64,000 bases of DNA from Planctomycetota bacterium. GTDB lineage: Bacteria > Planctomycetota > UBA8108 > SXIK01. Made by a program: the position numbers and the translations under genes. Below, piece by piece: positions 10,461 through 20,670 of this stretch. Position 1 is the stretch's first letter, and every line of letters begins with the position of its first letter. The stretch lies in assembly GCA_965223845.1 (NCBI GenBank), contig CBDCXR010000004.1:1120001-1184000 (forward strand), in the 5' to 3' direction. The notes beneath the pieces are model-generated. The model was not told the origin of the DNA. It did not search any database and saw only the letters and a list, made by a program, of their open reading frames with translations.

Positions 10461-11852
10461 ATGAACGCCCCCTCCGAGCTGCCTCCGCGAGTCTTTGGAA
10501 CCGATGGTGTGCGCGCCCGCTTCGGCGAGGGCGCTCTCGCCGGAGACGCGGTCGCTCGCCTCCTCACCGCTACGGCGCGGGTGCTCGAGTCGCCGGAGCG
10601 GTTCTCCGAAGATTTTCCCGCGGGCGCCGGCGACTCGATCGTCGTCGGGCGCGACACCCGCGCCTCCGGCGGCGAGCTGCTCGCAGCGATGGGATCGGTC
10701 TTTCCCCTTCACGGCTACGATGTTCTCGATCTGGGCGTCTTGCCGACCCCGGGGGTCGCGCACGTCGCCAAAGCGTGGGATGGAGTCGCTCTCGGTGTCG
10801 TCCTCTCCGCGTCTCACAATCCCGCCGAGTACAACGGGATCAAGTTCTTCTCGCCCACCGGGGCCAAGATCTCACCCGAGTTCGAACGGGCGGTCGAGGC
10901 CGAGATCGCACGCCTCGAGCGCATGGATTCGGCCGACGCGCCCCAGCTCGTCGACCGCAGCGCCGAAGCCCGAGAGCTCTACGTCGCCCACCTCGTCGAG
11001 TTGTGCTGGCGACCGGAGCGGCTCGCGGGCCGGCGGATTTGCCTCGACGCCGCGCACGGCGCCACCTACGAGGTCGCGCCGGAGGTGTTCCGTCGGCTTG
11101 GAATGGACGTCACGGTCGTCGGGGACCAGCCCGACGGGAAGAACATCAACGACGGTGTGGGCGCGCTTCACCCCGAGGCGCTCGCCGAGCTCGCTGCGCG
11201 CCAAGGCGCTGCGCTCGGCCTCTGCTTCGACGGCGACGGCGACCGGATGATCCCAGTCGGCGGAAGAGGAACCGTCTTCGACGGCGACTTCGTGCTCGCC
11301 CTCGCCGGCCGGCGCTTCCGCGCGGACGGCCAGCTGCCGAACGCGGCGATCGTCGCAACGGTGATGTCGAACGTCGGGCTCGAGCTCTCGCTCCGGGAGG
11401 CGGGAATCGAGCTCCTCCGCACGGATGTCGGCGATCGGAATGTCTACCTGGAGATGCTCGCGGGGAACCACCCGATCGGCGGAGAACAGTCCGGCCACAC
11501 GATCTTCATCGCCGACGGACGAACGGGTGACGGGATCCTCTCGGGCATCCGTCTTCTCGATGTCCTCTCCGGTGGTGAACTCGACCTCGAGACCGAGGCG
11601 CAGATCATGACGCGCCTGCCGCAGACGCTCCAAAACGTCACGGTCGAGAAGAAGCGTCCGTTCGAGGAGCTCGCGGGCGTACTCGAGTCGGTCGCAGCGG
11701 TCGAATCCGAGCTGGGCGACTCGGGCCGCGTGCTTCTCCGTTACTCGGGCACCGAGCCGCTCGCACGCGTCATGGTGGAGGCGCCGACGCGAGCGCTCGC
11801 GGAGTCGAGCGCCGGATCGATCTGCGCGGCCATTCGGCGCGCGTTCGAGTAA
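10461..11852 (+). CDS. glmM: Phosphoglucosamine mutase
   Basis: FGTDGVR, SASHNP, DGDGDR, GGEQSGH, RYSGTEPLARVMVE motifs. Confidence 0.95.
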   Translation: MNAPSELPPRVFGTDGVRARFGEGALAGDAVARLLTATARVLESPERFSEDFPAGAGDSIVVGRDTRASGGELLAAMGSVFPLHGYDVLDLGVLPTPGVAHVAKAWDGVALGVVLSASHNPAEYNGIKFFSPTGAKISPEFERAVEAEIARLERMDSADAPQLVDRSAEARELYVAHLVELCWRPERLAGRRICLDAAHGATYEVAPEVFRRLGMDVTVVGDQPDGKNINDGVGALHPEALAELAARQGAALGLCFDGDGDRMIPVGGRGTVFDGDFVLALAGRRFRADGQLPNAAIVATVMSNVGLELSLREAGIELLRTDVGDRNVYLEMLAGNHPIGGEQSGHTIFIADGRTGDGILSGIRLLDVLSGGELDLETEAQIMTRLPQTLQNVTVEKKRPFEELAGVLESVAAVESELGDSGRVLLRYSGTEPLARVMVEAPTRALAESSAGSICAAIRRAFE

Positions 11853-11861
11853 GGCGAACTC

Positions 11862-12728
11862 TCAGAGAAGGCCTTGCTCCGTGAGGAGATTGCGCAGCTT
11901 CTCTTCGTTCGCCTGGGCGAGCGGCGTGAGCGGAAGCCGAATCTCCTCCGACGTCAATCCGAGGAGTGCGGTGGCGCGCTTCACGGGGATCGGGCTCGTC
12001 TCCATGAAGAGTCCGGTGAAGAGGGGAAACAGCTTAAGATGCAGCTCGCGTGCGCCCAGAAAGTCGCCGGCGAGCGCCGCTCGCGTCATGTCTGAGACGG
12101 CGCGGGGAGCGACGTTCGCGGCGACGGAAATCACCCCCTTCGCTCCGAGCAGCATCAGCGGGAGGGTCAGTGAGTCGTCACCGGAGAGCACGGTGAGATC
12201 CGAGCCGAGCAGGATCTCCACGCTCTGATCGATGCTCCCGCTCGCCTCCTTGATCCCGACCACGCCCGGAAGGCTCGCACACTCGATCACCGTCTCGGGT
12301 CGCATGTCGACCTGCGTTCGCGACGGGACGTTGTAGAGCACGAGTGGGATCGACGTGCCCCCCGCGATCGCTTCGTAGTGGCGGACGAGGCCGTCCTGGG
12401 TGGGCTTGTTGTAGTACGGCGTGATGAGAAGCGCCCCGTCGGCCCCGACGTCCTGTGCGAAGCGCGTGAGCCGGATCGCTTCCGCGGTGTTGTTGGATCC
12501 CGTGCCCGCGAGAACTTTGATCCTTCCCTCTGCGCGCCGAACGACGGCTCCGATCACCTGCTCGTGCTCGTCATGGCTCATCGTCGCGGATTCGCCGGTC
12601 GTACCGCAGGGTACGATGCCGTCCGTTCCGTTCTCGACGTGGAACTCGACGAGTCGATCGAGCCGGTCGAAGTCGATCTTCCCGTCCCGAAACGGCGTGA
12701 CGAGTGCTACGTACGATCCGGTGAACAT
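11862..12728 (-). CDS. dapA: 4-hydroxy-tetrahydrodipicolinate synthase
   Basis: GTTGES, PYYNKP, LYNVPSRT, GIKEASG, LSGDD motifs. Confidence 0.97.
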   Translation of the reverse strand: MFTGSYVALVTPFRDGKIDFDRLDRLVEFHVENGTDGIVPCGTTGESATMSHDEHEQVIGAVVRRAEGRIKVLAGTGSNNTAEAIRLTRFAQDVGADGALLITPYYNKPTQDGLVRHYEAIAGGTSIPLVLYNVPSRTQVDMRPETVIECASLPGVVGIKEASGSIDQSVEILLGSDLTVLSGDDSLTLPLMLLGAKGVISVAANVAPRAVSDMTRAALAGDFLGARELHLKLFPLFTGLFMETSPIPVKRATALLGLTSEEIRLPLTPLAQANEEKLRNLLTEQGLL

Positions 12729-12810
12729 CGTTTCCCCTCGGGTGTCCCTTCGACTCGCACCGCTCGAGCACCGCCAAACTCGAACCGAGGGGAGATCTTA
12801 TCCGACGCGG

Positions 12811-13821
12811 TCAACTCGGGAAGAAGAATCTCCGCCCGAGGCTCGGCTTGAATTCGCTCCAGCGCCCGCGCTCGCCGGTCGACTCCCCTCTCGACTCCGG
12901 CGCGTCGCTCAGCGAACGGCGCATGTCGCGAAGCGACGCGAGCTTGGCGTCGAGGTCGTCGAGGGCGTGAAACGCCGTCGCCTCCGGCGTCATCGGCTGC
13001 TTGAGCGCACCCCGCTCCGGCTCGCCGTGGTGACTCGCCACGATGTGTTCCACGTGAGCGTGAAGCTCGGCGGGAAAGCCCGAGACCGACGCGACCTTCT
13101 CCGCGATGATCCCGAGACCGATTCCGATGTGACCGACGAGCTGTCCGCGGTCGGTGTATCCGAACGCACCTCCCCACTGAAGCTCGCGCACCTTTCCGAT
13201 GTCGTGGAGAATCGACGCCGCGATCAAGACGTCCCGGTCGAGCTCGGGATAATTGGGCGCGAGACGGTCGACGGACCGTGCGATCGAGAGGACGTGTTCG
13301 AGGAGACCGCCGAGATAGGCGTGGTGGAGCGTCTTTCCGGCGGGCGCGCGGAGGAGACCCCGGCGGAGTTCCGAGTCGTCGAGGATCGCTTCGAGGAGAC
13401 CGCGGAGGTGCGGATTCTCGACGGACTCAACGAGCGCGACGAGCTCGCGCTCCATCTCGTCGATCGGACGCTCCGAGTGCGGGAGGAACTCCTCGAACGG
13501 AATCGAATCGTCTCCGACCGGCGCGATGGAGTCGACGACGACCTGCGGGTTTTGCTGAAACTCCTCGACGCGGCCGCTCACACGGACGAAGGCTCCGCCG
13601 GAAAGAGAGCGGTACAGCGCTTCGGTCGCTTCCCACCGCACCGCGCGAACGGAACCCGTACGATCGCGGAGGTACATTTGGAGGAAGTATTTGCCGTCGC
13701 GAGTCTGTTTGAAATTGAGCGACTCGAGGAGATAGATCGCGTCGCGGACTTTGCCCCCCTTGGCGAGGTCACGCAGGGGAGTCGGTGCCCGGTTCGGTTC
13801 GGCGGAGCGCTCTTCGATCAT
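12811..13821 (-). CDS. yhaM: YhaM/Cbf1-like 3'-5' exoribonuclease (OB fold plus HD domain)
   Basis: N-terminal OB fold (LRDRTG); HHAYLGGLLEH, LHDIGK, SHHG, DDLDAK motifs. Confidence 0.88.
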   Translation of the reverse strand: MIEERSAEPNRAPTPLRDLAKGGKVRDAIYLLESLNFKQTRDGKYFLQMYLRDRTGSVRAVRWEATEALYRSLSGGAFVRVSGRVEEFQQNPQVVVDSIAPVGDDSIPFEEFLPHSERPIDEMERELVALVESVENPHLRGLLEAILDDSELRRGLLRAPAGKTLHHAYLGGLLEHVLSIARSVDRLAPNYPELDRDVLIAASILHDIGKVRELQWGGAFGYTDRGQLVGHIGIGLGIIAEKVASVSGFPAELHAHVEHIVASHHGEPERGALKQPMTPEATAFHALDDLDAKLASLRDMRRSLSDAPESRGESTGERGRWSEFKPSLGRRFFFPS

Positions 13822-14183
13822 CGTGGTCTATCGCTGTCGCTTCGTCTCGGGTCGAGACGACGAGAGAATCTCGGCGCGTGGGAGATCCGCGCTCGGCGGG
13901 CGCCCACGGCGGGCCGGCCGTCGTCCCGTCTCGACTGCCCGCACGTCGCCTTACGGTGGGAGGCTCGCCACCCCGGCGCCTCCGGTGCGCGCGCGAACGG
14001 CGTTTGCCGCCGATCGACGGAGACGTTGTACCGAGCGCGGACGTCGGCGTAAAGGTCCGTCGGCGGGCGTGAGAGGGGGGAAGGACGCCGTCTGGAGGCG
14101 ATCGCGACCCAGTCGGGGGCCGGCGCGAAACTTGCACGGGACTCTCGCGGCCGTCCTCCGGGCTCTCTCAACTTCGATCGATG

Positions 14184-14212
14184 TTGGAGCGGTTCGCGGG
14201 ATGGTCTATAAT
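14184..14212 (+). promoter_or_regulatory. Putative sigma70 promoter
   Basis: TTGGAG-17 bp-TATAAT. Confidence 0.5.
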
Positions 14213-14542
14213 CGGAACTGATCGTCATCCGCCAGCGGCTGACTGAGAGAACCCACCCCCAGCCGATCGGAACGCCCTCCTCGGTCCGGTTCGTTGTTCC
14301 GCGTCGACCCGAAGGCGCGCACTCCCGATCGGCGATCCGTCCTACCGTCTTCGAACGCAACACGGCCTGCGCCGTCGAACGTCCGCTCGAGCGAGACGTG
14401 CGACGCGAGTCCTTCTGTCCGGATCCCGTACCCCGCGATCCGGATGGCGTCCATCCAGCGACCGACGCGCGTCGGTCGTTCGTGGACGGCCCAGGACGCG
14501 GCCACCTGCTCTGCCCAACCGAGACCTCAGTCGAGACCACCG

Positions 14543-16657
14543 ATGCCCACGCGATTCAGCTCTTCGTGGCTCACCGCCGTCCTCTCGTTCTGCCTCGCTG
14601 CGAACTCCGTCATCGCGGAAGAACCGGCGCAGACCTCGAAGCCGAAGCCGGCGCCGGAAACCGCCCACTTCGACCACCTCGAGCTCAAGGACGGAACCGA
14701 GGTGAAAGGAATCGTGCGCGAGTTCGGGGCGTGCCATCTCCAGCTCGAGATCGCGGGCGGATCCCGCATGATCCGCCGCCGCGATGTCTCCGGCATCCGG
14801 GTGGCGAAGGATCGGCCGGCGAGTTCGCTCGCTACGACGGACGCCGTGATCCGCGCCGACGGCCACCGCATCGAAGGTGAGATTCAGGCTCTGTCGGGCG
14901 GTCAGCTCGTCCGTGTGACGCTGAAGGGCGGCTCGCGGGTGACACTGCCGCGCTCTCAAGTCGCGAAGATCATCCGGAAGGGCGATGCGATCGAGACGGA
15001 CACGCACGTGTACACGAAAGAGCTCGGCGGGCGAATCGCGGAGGCGATCGAGCGCCTCTCGAGCTCGACCGAGCCGGCGGCGCGCCTTCCCGGGGCCGAC
15101 GAAAAGCTTCTCCTCGAATGCGGGATCTTCGCGATCGAGCCCGTTCGCGTCGCTCTGCAGAAGAAGAATGACGTGACGACCTCCGGACGCGATGCCTTCG
15201 CGCGAGTCGATCGCGTCTACCGCTACAAAGAGTTGACCGAACCCGCGATCGAGGATTACGACAAGGACGTGGCGGCGATCCTCACCTACGGCGACGCTTC
15301 CGCGAAGGAGAACCTCCTCTTCTTCCTATTCTCTCGCTTCGTCGGTGAATCGGTTCCCCTCGCGCTCGCGCTTGTCGAGGAACCCCGCGAATCCGTCGAG
15401 ATCCGTGCGTACGGAATCGACTTCCTCCGCCGGATGCAGCGGAACCGTGAGCTGCTCGATCTCTACTCCCGAACGACGGGACGAGTTCAGCTCGCCACTG
15501 CGATCGCCCTCGGTCGCAATCAGATTCTCCTCGGCATTCCGACTCTGATCGAAGCGCTCGAGCTCGACGACGAGGGCGTCCGTACGCTCGCGGTGCGGAG
15601 TCTGCGCGAGTTCAGCGCGAAGACCTTCCGCTTTCGCCCCGACGGAGCGCCGGAGGCGCGGCGAAAGGCGGTCGCGGCCTGGCGCGAGTGGTGGGAGTCT
15701 CGCCGCACCGACGTCGAAGCTCTCGCCCGCAAGGTGATCGAGGACGGCGCGCTCGAGACGCCGGAGCGCCGCCGGGCCCGCGAGCTCTGGCAGCGGGCCG
15801 AGCTCGCGCGAGGCAAGGGCGACGGCGCGTTCGCGCTCTCGCTGCTTCAAAAGTCGCTCACCTTCGATCCGAAGTTTTTCCGCGCCCAGATTTCGATCGC
15901 GGCGCTCCATCTGACCGATCTCGCCGACCCCGCGATGGCGAACGTGCTTCTCGAGAAGCTCGAACAGCAGAAGCGTCCGGATCTCGCGCCGGAGGATCGC
16001 TTTTGGATCTACTTCTACCTGGGCCACGCGCGGGCGACGCTCGGGGACGAGCACGGCGCGCTCGAAGCCTACGGAGAGTGTGTCCTCCAAGATCCGAACC
16101 GTCTCGACGGGCTCGATCGCCTCGCGGAGACCGCGTTCCGCGTCGCGACGACGGCTCCCGATCTCTCCCCTGGCGAACGCCGGAAATTGCTCGCGACGGC
16201 GCTCGAGACGTACGAGCAGCTCCGCGATGCCGCGGTTGCCGCCGAAGGTCGACTCGTGACGTTCGACATTTCGGATCTGCCGTCGGAGTCGACACTGCTC
16301 ATGGATCGCCGCCTCTACAATCGAACGGTGCTCGACTTTAGGCGGAAGTACCGACTCGATCGCTTCCGCTCGGTGCTCGCCATCGGTCGCATCCGTTCGC
16401 TTCGCGGTGAACAGGACCGAGCGATCGAGACGCTCGAAGCGTCGGTCGGAGCGCTCCGCGACTACCGCGACGTCGAGGAGCTCCGGCCCGTCGAGATCAA
16501 GATCCGCAATCTGCTCGGTACGCTCTACGAAGGAGCGGGAGACAACGCCGGTGCTCTGCGTCAGTACCGCTTCGTCCAGTCGCGCCTCGATCGTTCCGAC
16601 GCGCAGAGTCGCCAGGGACTCCGCCGGCTCGGCGCGGACGACAACGTCGGGAATTGA
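14543..16657 (+). CDS. Secreted protein: two small beta repeats, HEAT-like repeats and TPRs
   Basis: Signal peptide from ATG 14543; repeats DHLELKDGTEVKG and DAVIRADGHRIEG; HEAT-like IPTLIEALE; TPRs (YFYLGHARATLGD). Confidence 0.7.
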   Translation: MPTRFSSSWLTAVLSFCLAANSVIAEEPAQTSKPKPAPETAHFDHLELKDGTEVKGIVREFGACHLQLEIAGGSRMIRRRDVSGIRVAKDRPASSLATTDAVIRADGHRIEGEIQALSGGQLVRVTLKGGSRVTLPRSQVAKIIRKGDAIETDTHVYTKELGGRIAEAIERLSSSTEPAARLPGADEKLLLECGIFAIEPVRVALQKKNDVTTSGRDAFARVDRVYRYKELTEPAIEDYDKDVAAILTYGDASAKENLLFFLFSRFVGESVPLALALVEEPRESVEIRAYGIDFLRRMQRNRELLDLYSRTTGRVQLATAIALGRNQILLGIPTLIEALELDDEGVRTLAVRSLREFSAKTFRFRPDGAPEARRKAVAAWREWWESRRTDVEALARKVIEDGALETPERRRARELWQRAELARGKGDGAFALSLLQKSLTFDPKFFRAQISIAALHLTDLADPAMANVLLEKLEQQKRPDLAPEDRFWIYFYLGHARATLGDEHGALEAYGECVLQDPNRLDGLDRLAETAFRVATTAPDLSPGERRKLLATALETYEQLRDAAVAAEGRLVTFDISDLPSESTLLMDRRLYNRTVLDFRRKYRLDRFRSVLAIGRIRSLRGEQDRAIETLEASVGALRDYRDVEELRPVEIKIRNLLGTLYEGAGDNAGALRQYRFVQSRLDRSDAQSRQGLRRLGADDNVGN

Positions 16658-16776
16658 ATCTCGGCCGCGCGCGTCGCGTCCATGCGCTGAGTCGTTGAAC
16701 GATCGTTCGTGAGAACGCTGCCGAGGTGTTGCCCGTCGTCCCGTCTTCGGCCTAGGGCGAAACGCGGGATCGCCCG

Positions 16777-19308
16777 TCAGTTGCCCAGCGTTTCGCTTCG
16801 GTACGCGAAATCGGAGAGAACCACCGTCGAAACGTCGACGTTGTCGAGCTTTACCTCGCGGCGGATTTCGCCGATGTCCGGGGCGAGATAGACGGTGTAG
16901 ACGAGAAACGACGTGGTGCCGCGTTCCGGGTTCGAGCGCCGTCGCCAGAGCTTCACCTTGAGTACGTCGCTGACTTCCTTCCCGTTCGCGAGGGCGATGG
17001 TTTCGCCGAACGAGAGCACCTCGGTTCGGTAGAGGAACTCGACGTCTCCGTCCTTCCGCGAGTATTCGGTCTGAGGGTATTCGTCCGCGGCGGGGTTCAA
17101 GTTGACGGGAACGCGCCAGACGTCTCGCGCGATCTTCTTGACGAGGAATGCGCCCTCGCGGTGCCACGTCTCGGTCGAGACGGTGCGCTCTTCGCGCCGC
17201 TCGACGGTGTAGGCGTCGCCAGTTTTCTCCCCGACGACGACTCGATAGGTCTTGCTCTTCGCGCGGTCGACGTAGTCCCAGTGGTGGATGCGTTCGAGCG
17301 GGGCGAAATCTGCGTACGCTGCGACGAGACGGGAGCGCCGTCGGGTCAGCGCCTCGTCCGTGATCTTTCCGCCGAGGCGCTCGTAAGCGATGAAATCCCG
17401 GTAGGCAAGCTCCGGCGCCTGCTCGCGAAGATGAATCTGGGCGCGATAGCGATAGAGGTCGCGACAGGCTTTCGTCTCGGCGCGAGACAACTCCGAGTTG
17501 CTGAGGTCGGAGTAGACCTCCTTCGCGCGCTGGAAGTCCTTCGTGTAGAAGAGGCAATTCCCGAGTCGGAGGTACACTTCGACGGCGCGTTCGTCGAGGC
17601 CCGACTCGAGCAGTCGGCGCGCGTCCCGGTAGTGGCTGAGGGCGCGCTTCCAGGCGCCGCTCGCGTAGAGTCGGTCGGCGATCGCTCGGTGCGCGAGGAA
17701 CTGAGCGCTCCGGTCGCGCTTGGTCGGACTCGCGATCTTCGCGTACTGAGCGAGCGCGTCCTCCGGGCGGCCGTTTTCCGCGTAGTGGGAGCCGATCACA
17801 CGGTGCACGTCGGGGTTCTTGGTGGAATCCGCCAGTCCGCGCAGAAGACGGATCCCCGCGTCGGATCGGCCGCTCCGAACGAGCGCGAGGCCGAGGTATT
17901 CCGACTGGTTCTGGAAGCGACGGTGCTCGATGCTCTCGAGCGCTTTCGCTGCCGTCCGCCATTCCCCGAGATGGAAGCTCGCGACACCGCGTAAGTAGTG
18001 AAAGAGGTCCTTGTCGTTGTCGGTGAGCGCGGGGATCGACACGGAGGACAGCCGCGAGAGGACGCGGCGGTACTCCTTCTCGCCGAGGAGCTCGTAGGAC
18101 TCGGCGAGCGTCTTCGAGGTCTCTCGTCGCTTGAGGGCGATCTGGACGGCGTTGATGCGTTGCTGCAGGGTGGCGAGACGGTCGACCGCTCGGGTGAGCG
18201 TTTGCGCCTTTAGGTAGTGCTCAAGCGCGCGCTCGAGTCGTTCGACGTCGTCGGACGCGGAGAGAGTCACGGCGACGCCTTCGAGATGGCGGGACCAATG
18301 CTCATGAGCGTCGCTGAGCGCGCGGCGGAGCTCCGGCGTCTCGCCCTCGACGCGCGTCGTCTTCGCGATGAGCTTGCTTGCGCCCTCGTATTGACGGAGT
18401 GTGACGAGCTCGCGACTCTTCGCGATGGCGGCTCGAATGCGATTCTTTCGGTCTTCGGCCGCGATGCGCGCGCGCGCTTCCTCGAGGAAAGTCGCGATCG
18501 CCTCGGGGGGATTCGGGTGACGGTGCGCGAACGCCTCGATGAGCTCCACCGCCCGACGCTGCGACGTGCTCTCGATGCGGTCGAAGACCGCGACTAGGTG
18601 GAGATAGAGCGGGGCGAGCTCGGGGCCGTCGTGCCGCGTCGCGATGTCGAGCATGAGCTGGACGCTTTCGGCGTTGATGCCGTAGATCCCTTCTAGCGCG
18701 AGCGCCTTGAAGTGCCGATGCTCCCAGCGATTTGGGTCGGTGCGCTCGCACTCTGCGATCCACTCGAGACTCTGCTGGAAGTTCTCGATCTTCAAGTACC
18801 CGTACGCCCGCCACAGACGAGCGTCGTAGTCGTCGGGTGCCATCGCGAGAGCTGAGGAAACGAATGCGTTTCCGCGGACGAACTGCGTCCGTGCCTCGCG
18901 TTGAAGCCGGAGGTCCTCGGGTGTCCCCTGATTGCTCATCCGCTGCTCGATGCTTTCGCCGAAGCCGAAGTGTGCGCGACCCGAGAACAGCCAGGCGATC
19001 CGCTGCTCTTCTGGGGCGAGCTCCTCGGTCCCTTCAGCGGCCGCGAAATCGGCGATCGCGGGCTCGAACTTTCCCAACCCGAATCGTGCGCGGCCGCGAT
19101 GGAGAAGCGCCGAGGCGAGACTCGGGTGCGTTTCGAGGACGGCCGTAAACGCACTGTCCGCCGAGGCCCAGTCGCCGGATTCGAGCGCCGTGAGTCCGCG
19201 ATCGAACGTGGCTTGCTCGTCGACGCTGAGCCCGCCGCATCCGGCGTGCAGGATGGCGGCGGCGACGAGAGGAATCGTTTTGGAGAGGCGAGAGAACGAT
19301 CGAGTCAT
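16777..19308 (-). CDS. TPR-rich lipoprotein with C-terminal beta-rich domain
   Basis: Lipobox-like LHAGC; many TPRs; C-terminal YTVYLAPDIGEIRRE motif. Confidence 0.75.
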   Translation of the reverse strand: MTRSFSRLSKTIPLVAAAILHAGCGGLSVDEQATFDRGLTALESGDWASADSAFTAVLETHPSLASALLHRGRARFGLGKFEPAIADFAAAEGTEELAPEEQRIAWLFSGRAHFGFGESIEQRMSNQGTPEDLRLQREARTQFVRGNAFVSSALAMAPDDYDARLWRAYGYLKIENFQQSLEWIAECERTDPNRWEHRHFKALALEGIYGINAESVQLMLDIATRHDGPELAPLYLHLVAVFDRIESTSQRRAVELIEAFAHRHPNPPEAIATFLEEARARIAAEDRKNRIRAAIAKSRELVTLRQYEGASKLIAKTTRVEGETPELRRALSDAHEHWSRHLEGVAVTLSASDDVERLERALEHYLKAQTLTRAVDRLATLQQRINAVQIALKRRETSKTLAESYELLGEKEYRRVLSRLSSVSIPALTDNDKDLFHYLRGVASFHLGEWRTAAKALESIEHRRFQNQSEYLGLALVRSGRSDAGIRLLRGLADSTKNPDVHRVIGSHYAENGRPEDALAQYAKIASPTKRDRSAQFLAHRAIADRLYASGAWKRALSHYRDARRLLESGLDERAVEVYLRLGNCLFYTKDFQRAKEVYSDLSNSELSRAETKACRDLYRYRAQIHLREQAPELAYRDFIAYERLGGKITDEALTRRRSRLVAAYADFAPLERIHHWDYVDRAKSKTYRVVVGEKTGDAYTVERREERTVSTETWHREGAFLVKKIARDVWRVPVNLNPAADEYPQTEYSRKDGDVEFLYRTEVLSFGETIALANGKEVSDVLKVKLWRRRSNPERGTTSFLVYTVYLAPDIGEIRREVKLDNVDVSTVVLSDFAYRSETLGN

Positions 19309-19342
19309 GGGTACGGTGGTCCTTTGCCGGCTGGCGTGAAGT

Positions 19343-20008
19343 TCAGTCGCCGAAGTGGACGGGAAGATCGAACACGCGATCGAGGCTCCCCGTCGAGTCT
19401 CGCTTGTAGACGCGGACCTCGATGAACGCGTCCTCGGTGGTAAACCCGTCGACTCGCTCCTCGGGGATGCGGAAGAAGATCGCTCCCCGGTGGCTCGTGA
19501 CGTTCGGGCTCATGCGAATCGCCTCGAAACCTTTGTCCTTGTAGTCGTAGCGGAGCGCCTCGTTGGCGTCGTTGACGGACGACGCAACGAAGAAGCCGGG
19601 AAGGATCATGAAGAAAAACCCGGCGGCGGACCGCCAGTGGGAAAACCGGACTTCCTCGGAGATCTCCTCCGGAGCCGCGGTCTCTAAGCGCGTTCCGTCG
19701 CGAAGGACGAGGCGCATGTCGTGCCGGTTGATGTCGAACGTGTCGCGCGAGTCCTGGCTCGTTTCGAGGAGCATCAGGATCGGCGCGTAGCCGTGAGCGA
19801 CGAGATCGCGCGCGAAGTACTGGACGGAGTCGCGCGCGGTCGTGAGGTCCTCGGCCGCGACGTACAGTCCGCCGGCTTCCCTCTGTTGTGCCATCGCGGA
19901 TGCCGCGCGCTGCGAGTCGAGCGCCGTCGCAGAATAGTGGGCGCAGCCGGAAGTAGCCCCGAGCGCGAGCGAGAGAGAAACGAGGATGAACGCGCGTTCT
20001 CGGACCAT
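19343..20008 (-). CDS. Hypothetical lipoprotein
   Basis: Lipobox-like TSGC; internal hydrophobic segment AAGFFFMILPGFFVAS; probably co-transcribed with the TPR lipoprotein. Confidence 0.7.
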   Translation of the reverse strand: MVRERAFILVSLSLALGATSGCAHYSATALDSQRAASAMAQQREAGGLYVAAEDLTTARDSVQYFARDLVAHGYAPILMLLETSQDSRDTFDINRHDMRLVLRDGTRLETAAPEEISEEVRFSHWRSAAGFFFMILPGFFVASSVNDANEALRYDYKDKGFEAIRMSPNVTSHRGAIFFRIPEERVDGFTTEDAFIEVRVYKRDSTGSLDRVFDLPVHFGD

Positions 20009-20263
20009 GGTGGTCTCCGGAAAATGGTGATGACTTCGTTGAATGCGACTGATCCTGCGCTAACCGAACGAGCCGCGACGACACGATCCCGCTCTTTACG
20101 CCGGCGGGGCCGAGCTCCGACTCGGCCGGCGAGTCGAGGCGCTCGCACCGCCGATGGCGGGCCCACGGCAAGGCTCGAGCGATGGCTGTCGAAGGATTGC
20201 GGCGTCGCGATGGCGTGGCGTTCGGGAGACGATGCCCGCGGCGCGGGAGAGCGTCCTTTTCCC

Positions 20264-20292
20264 TTGCCGTGTGTATCGACTTTTAATAGGGT
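20264..20292 (+). promoter_or_regulatory. Putative sigma70 promoter for sucCD
   Basis: TTGCCG-17 bp-TAGGGT in an AT-rich patch. Confidence 0.35.
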
Positions 20293-20670
20293 TCTCTTTC
20301 GCTGCGTCGGGTCCTTTCCGGTCCTTCAGCGGTGCGACCTCGCCGCGTTCACGCGTGCGCCGCCGTGTCGTTTGGGGTCCCTCCGAATCGGCGATCCGTC
20401 GCGGCCGCGGCGATTCTCGGCGAGGCGCTCTTCGCGCGGAGGTGTGCGAGGCGTCGTTCGCGCGAGCGTCCACAGCGCGGAATCCGCCGAGCCTCGTGCG
20501 AGAGGGTTGGCGAATCGAGCGGTCGAGCTCGGAGCGAGCCACACCGCGAGCCGCTTCCGTCCGGCCGGATCCCCCCGCGCCGCGGTTCCGCGAATCCCTC
20601 CTACCAACGATTACGAGTTTTGCCGGCGCGCCCAGCGAGCGCCGAGCGACGCGCGAACGGGAGACGTCGG

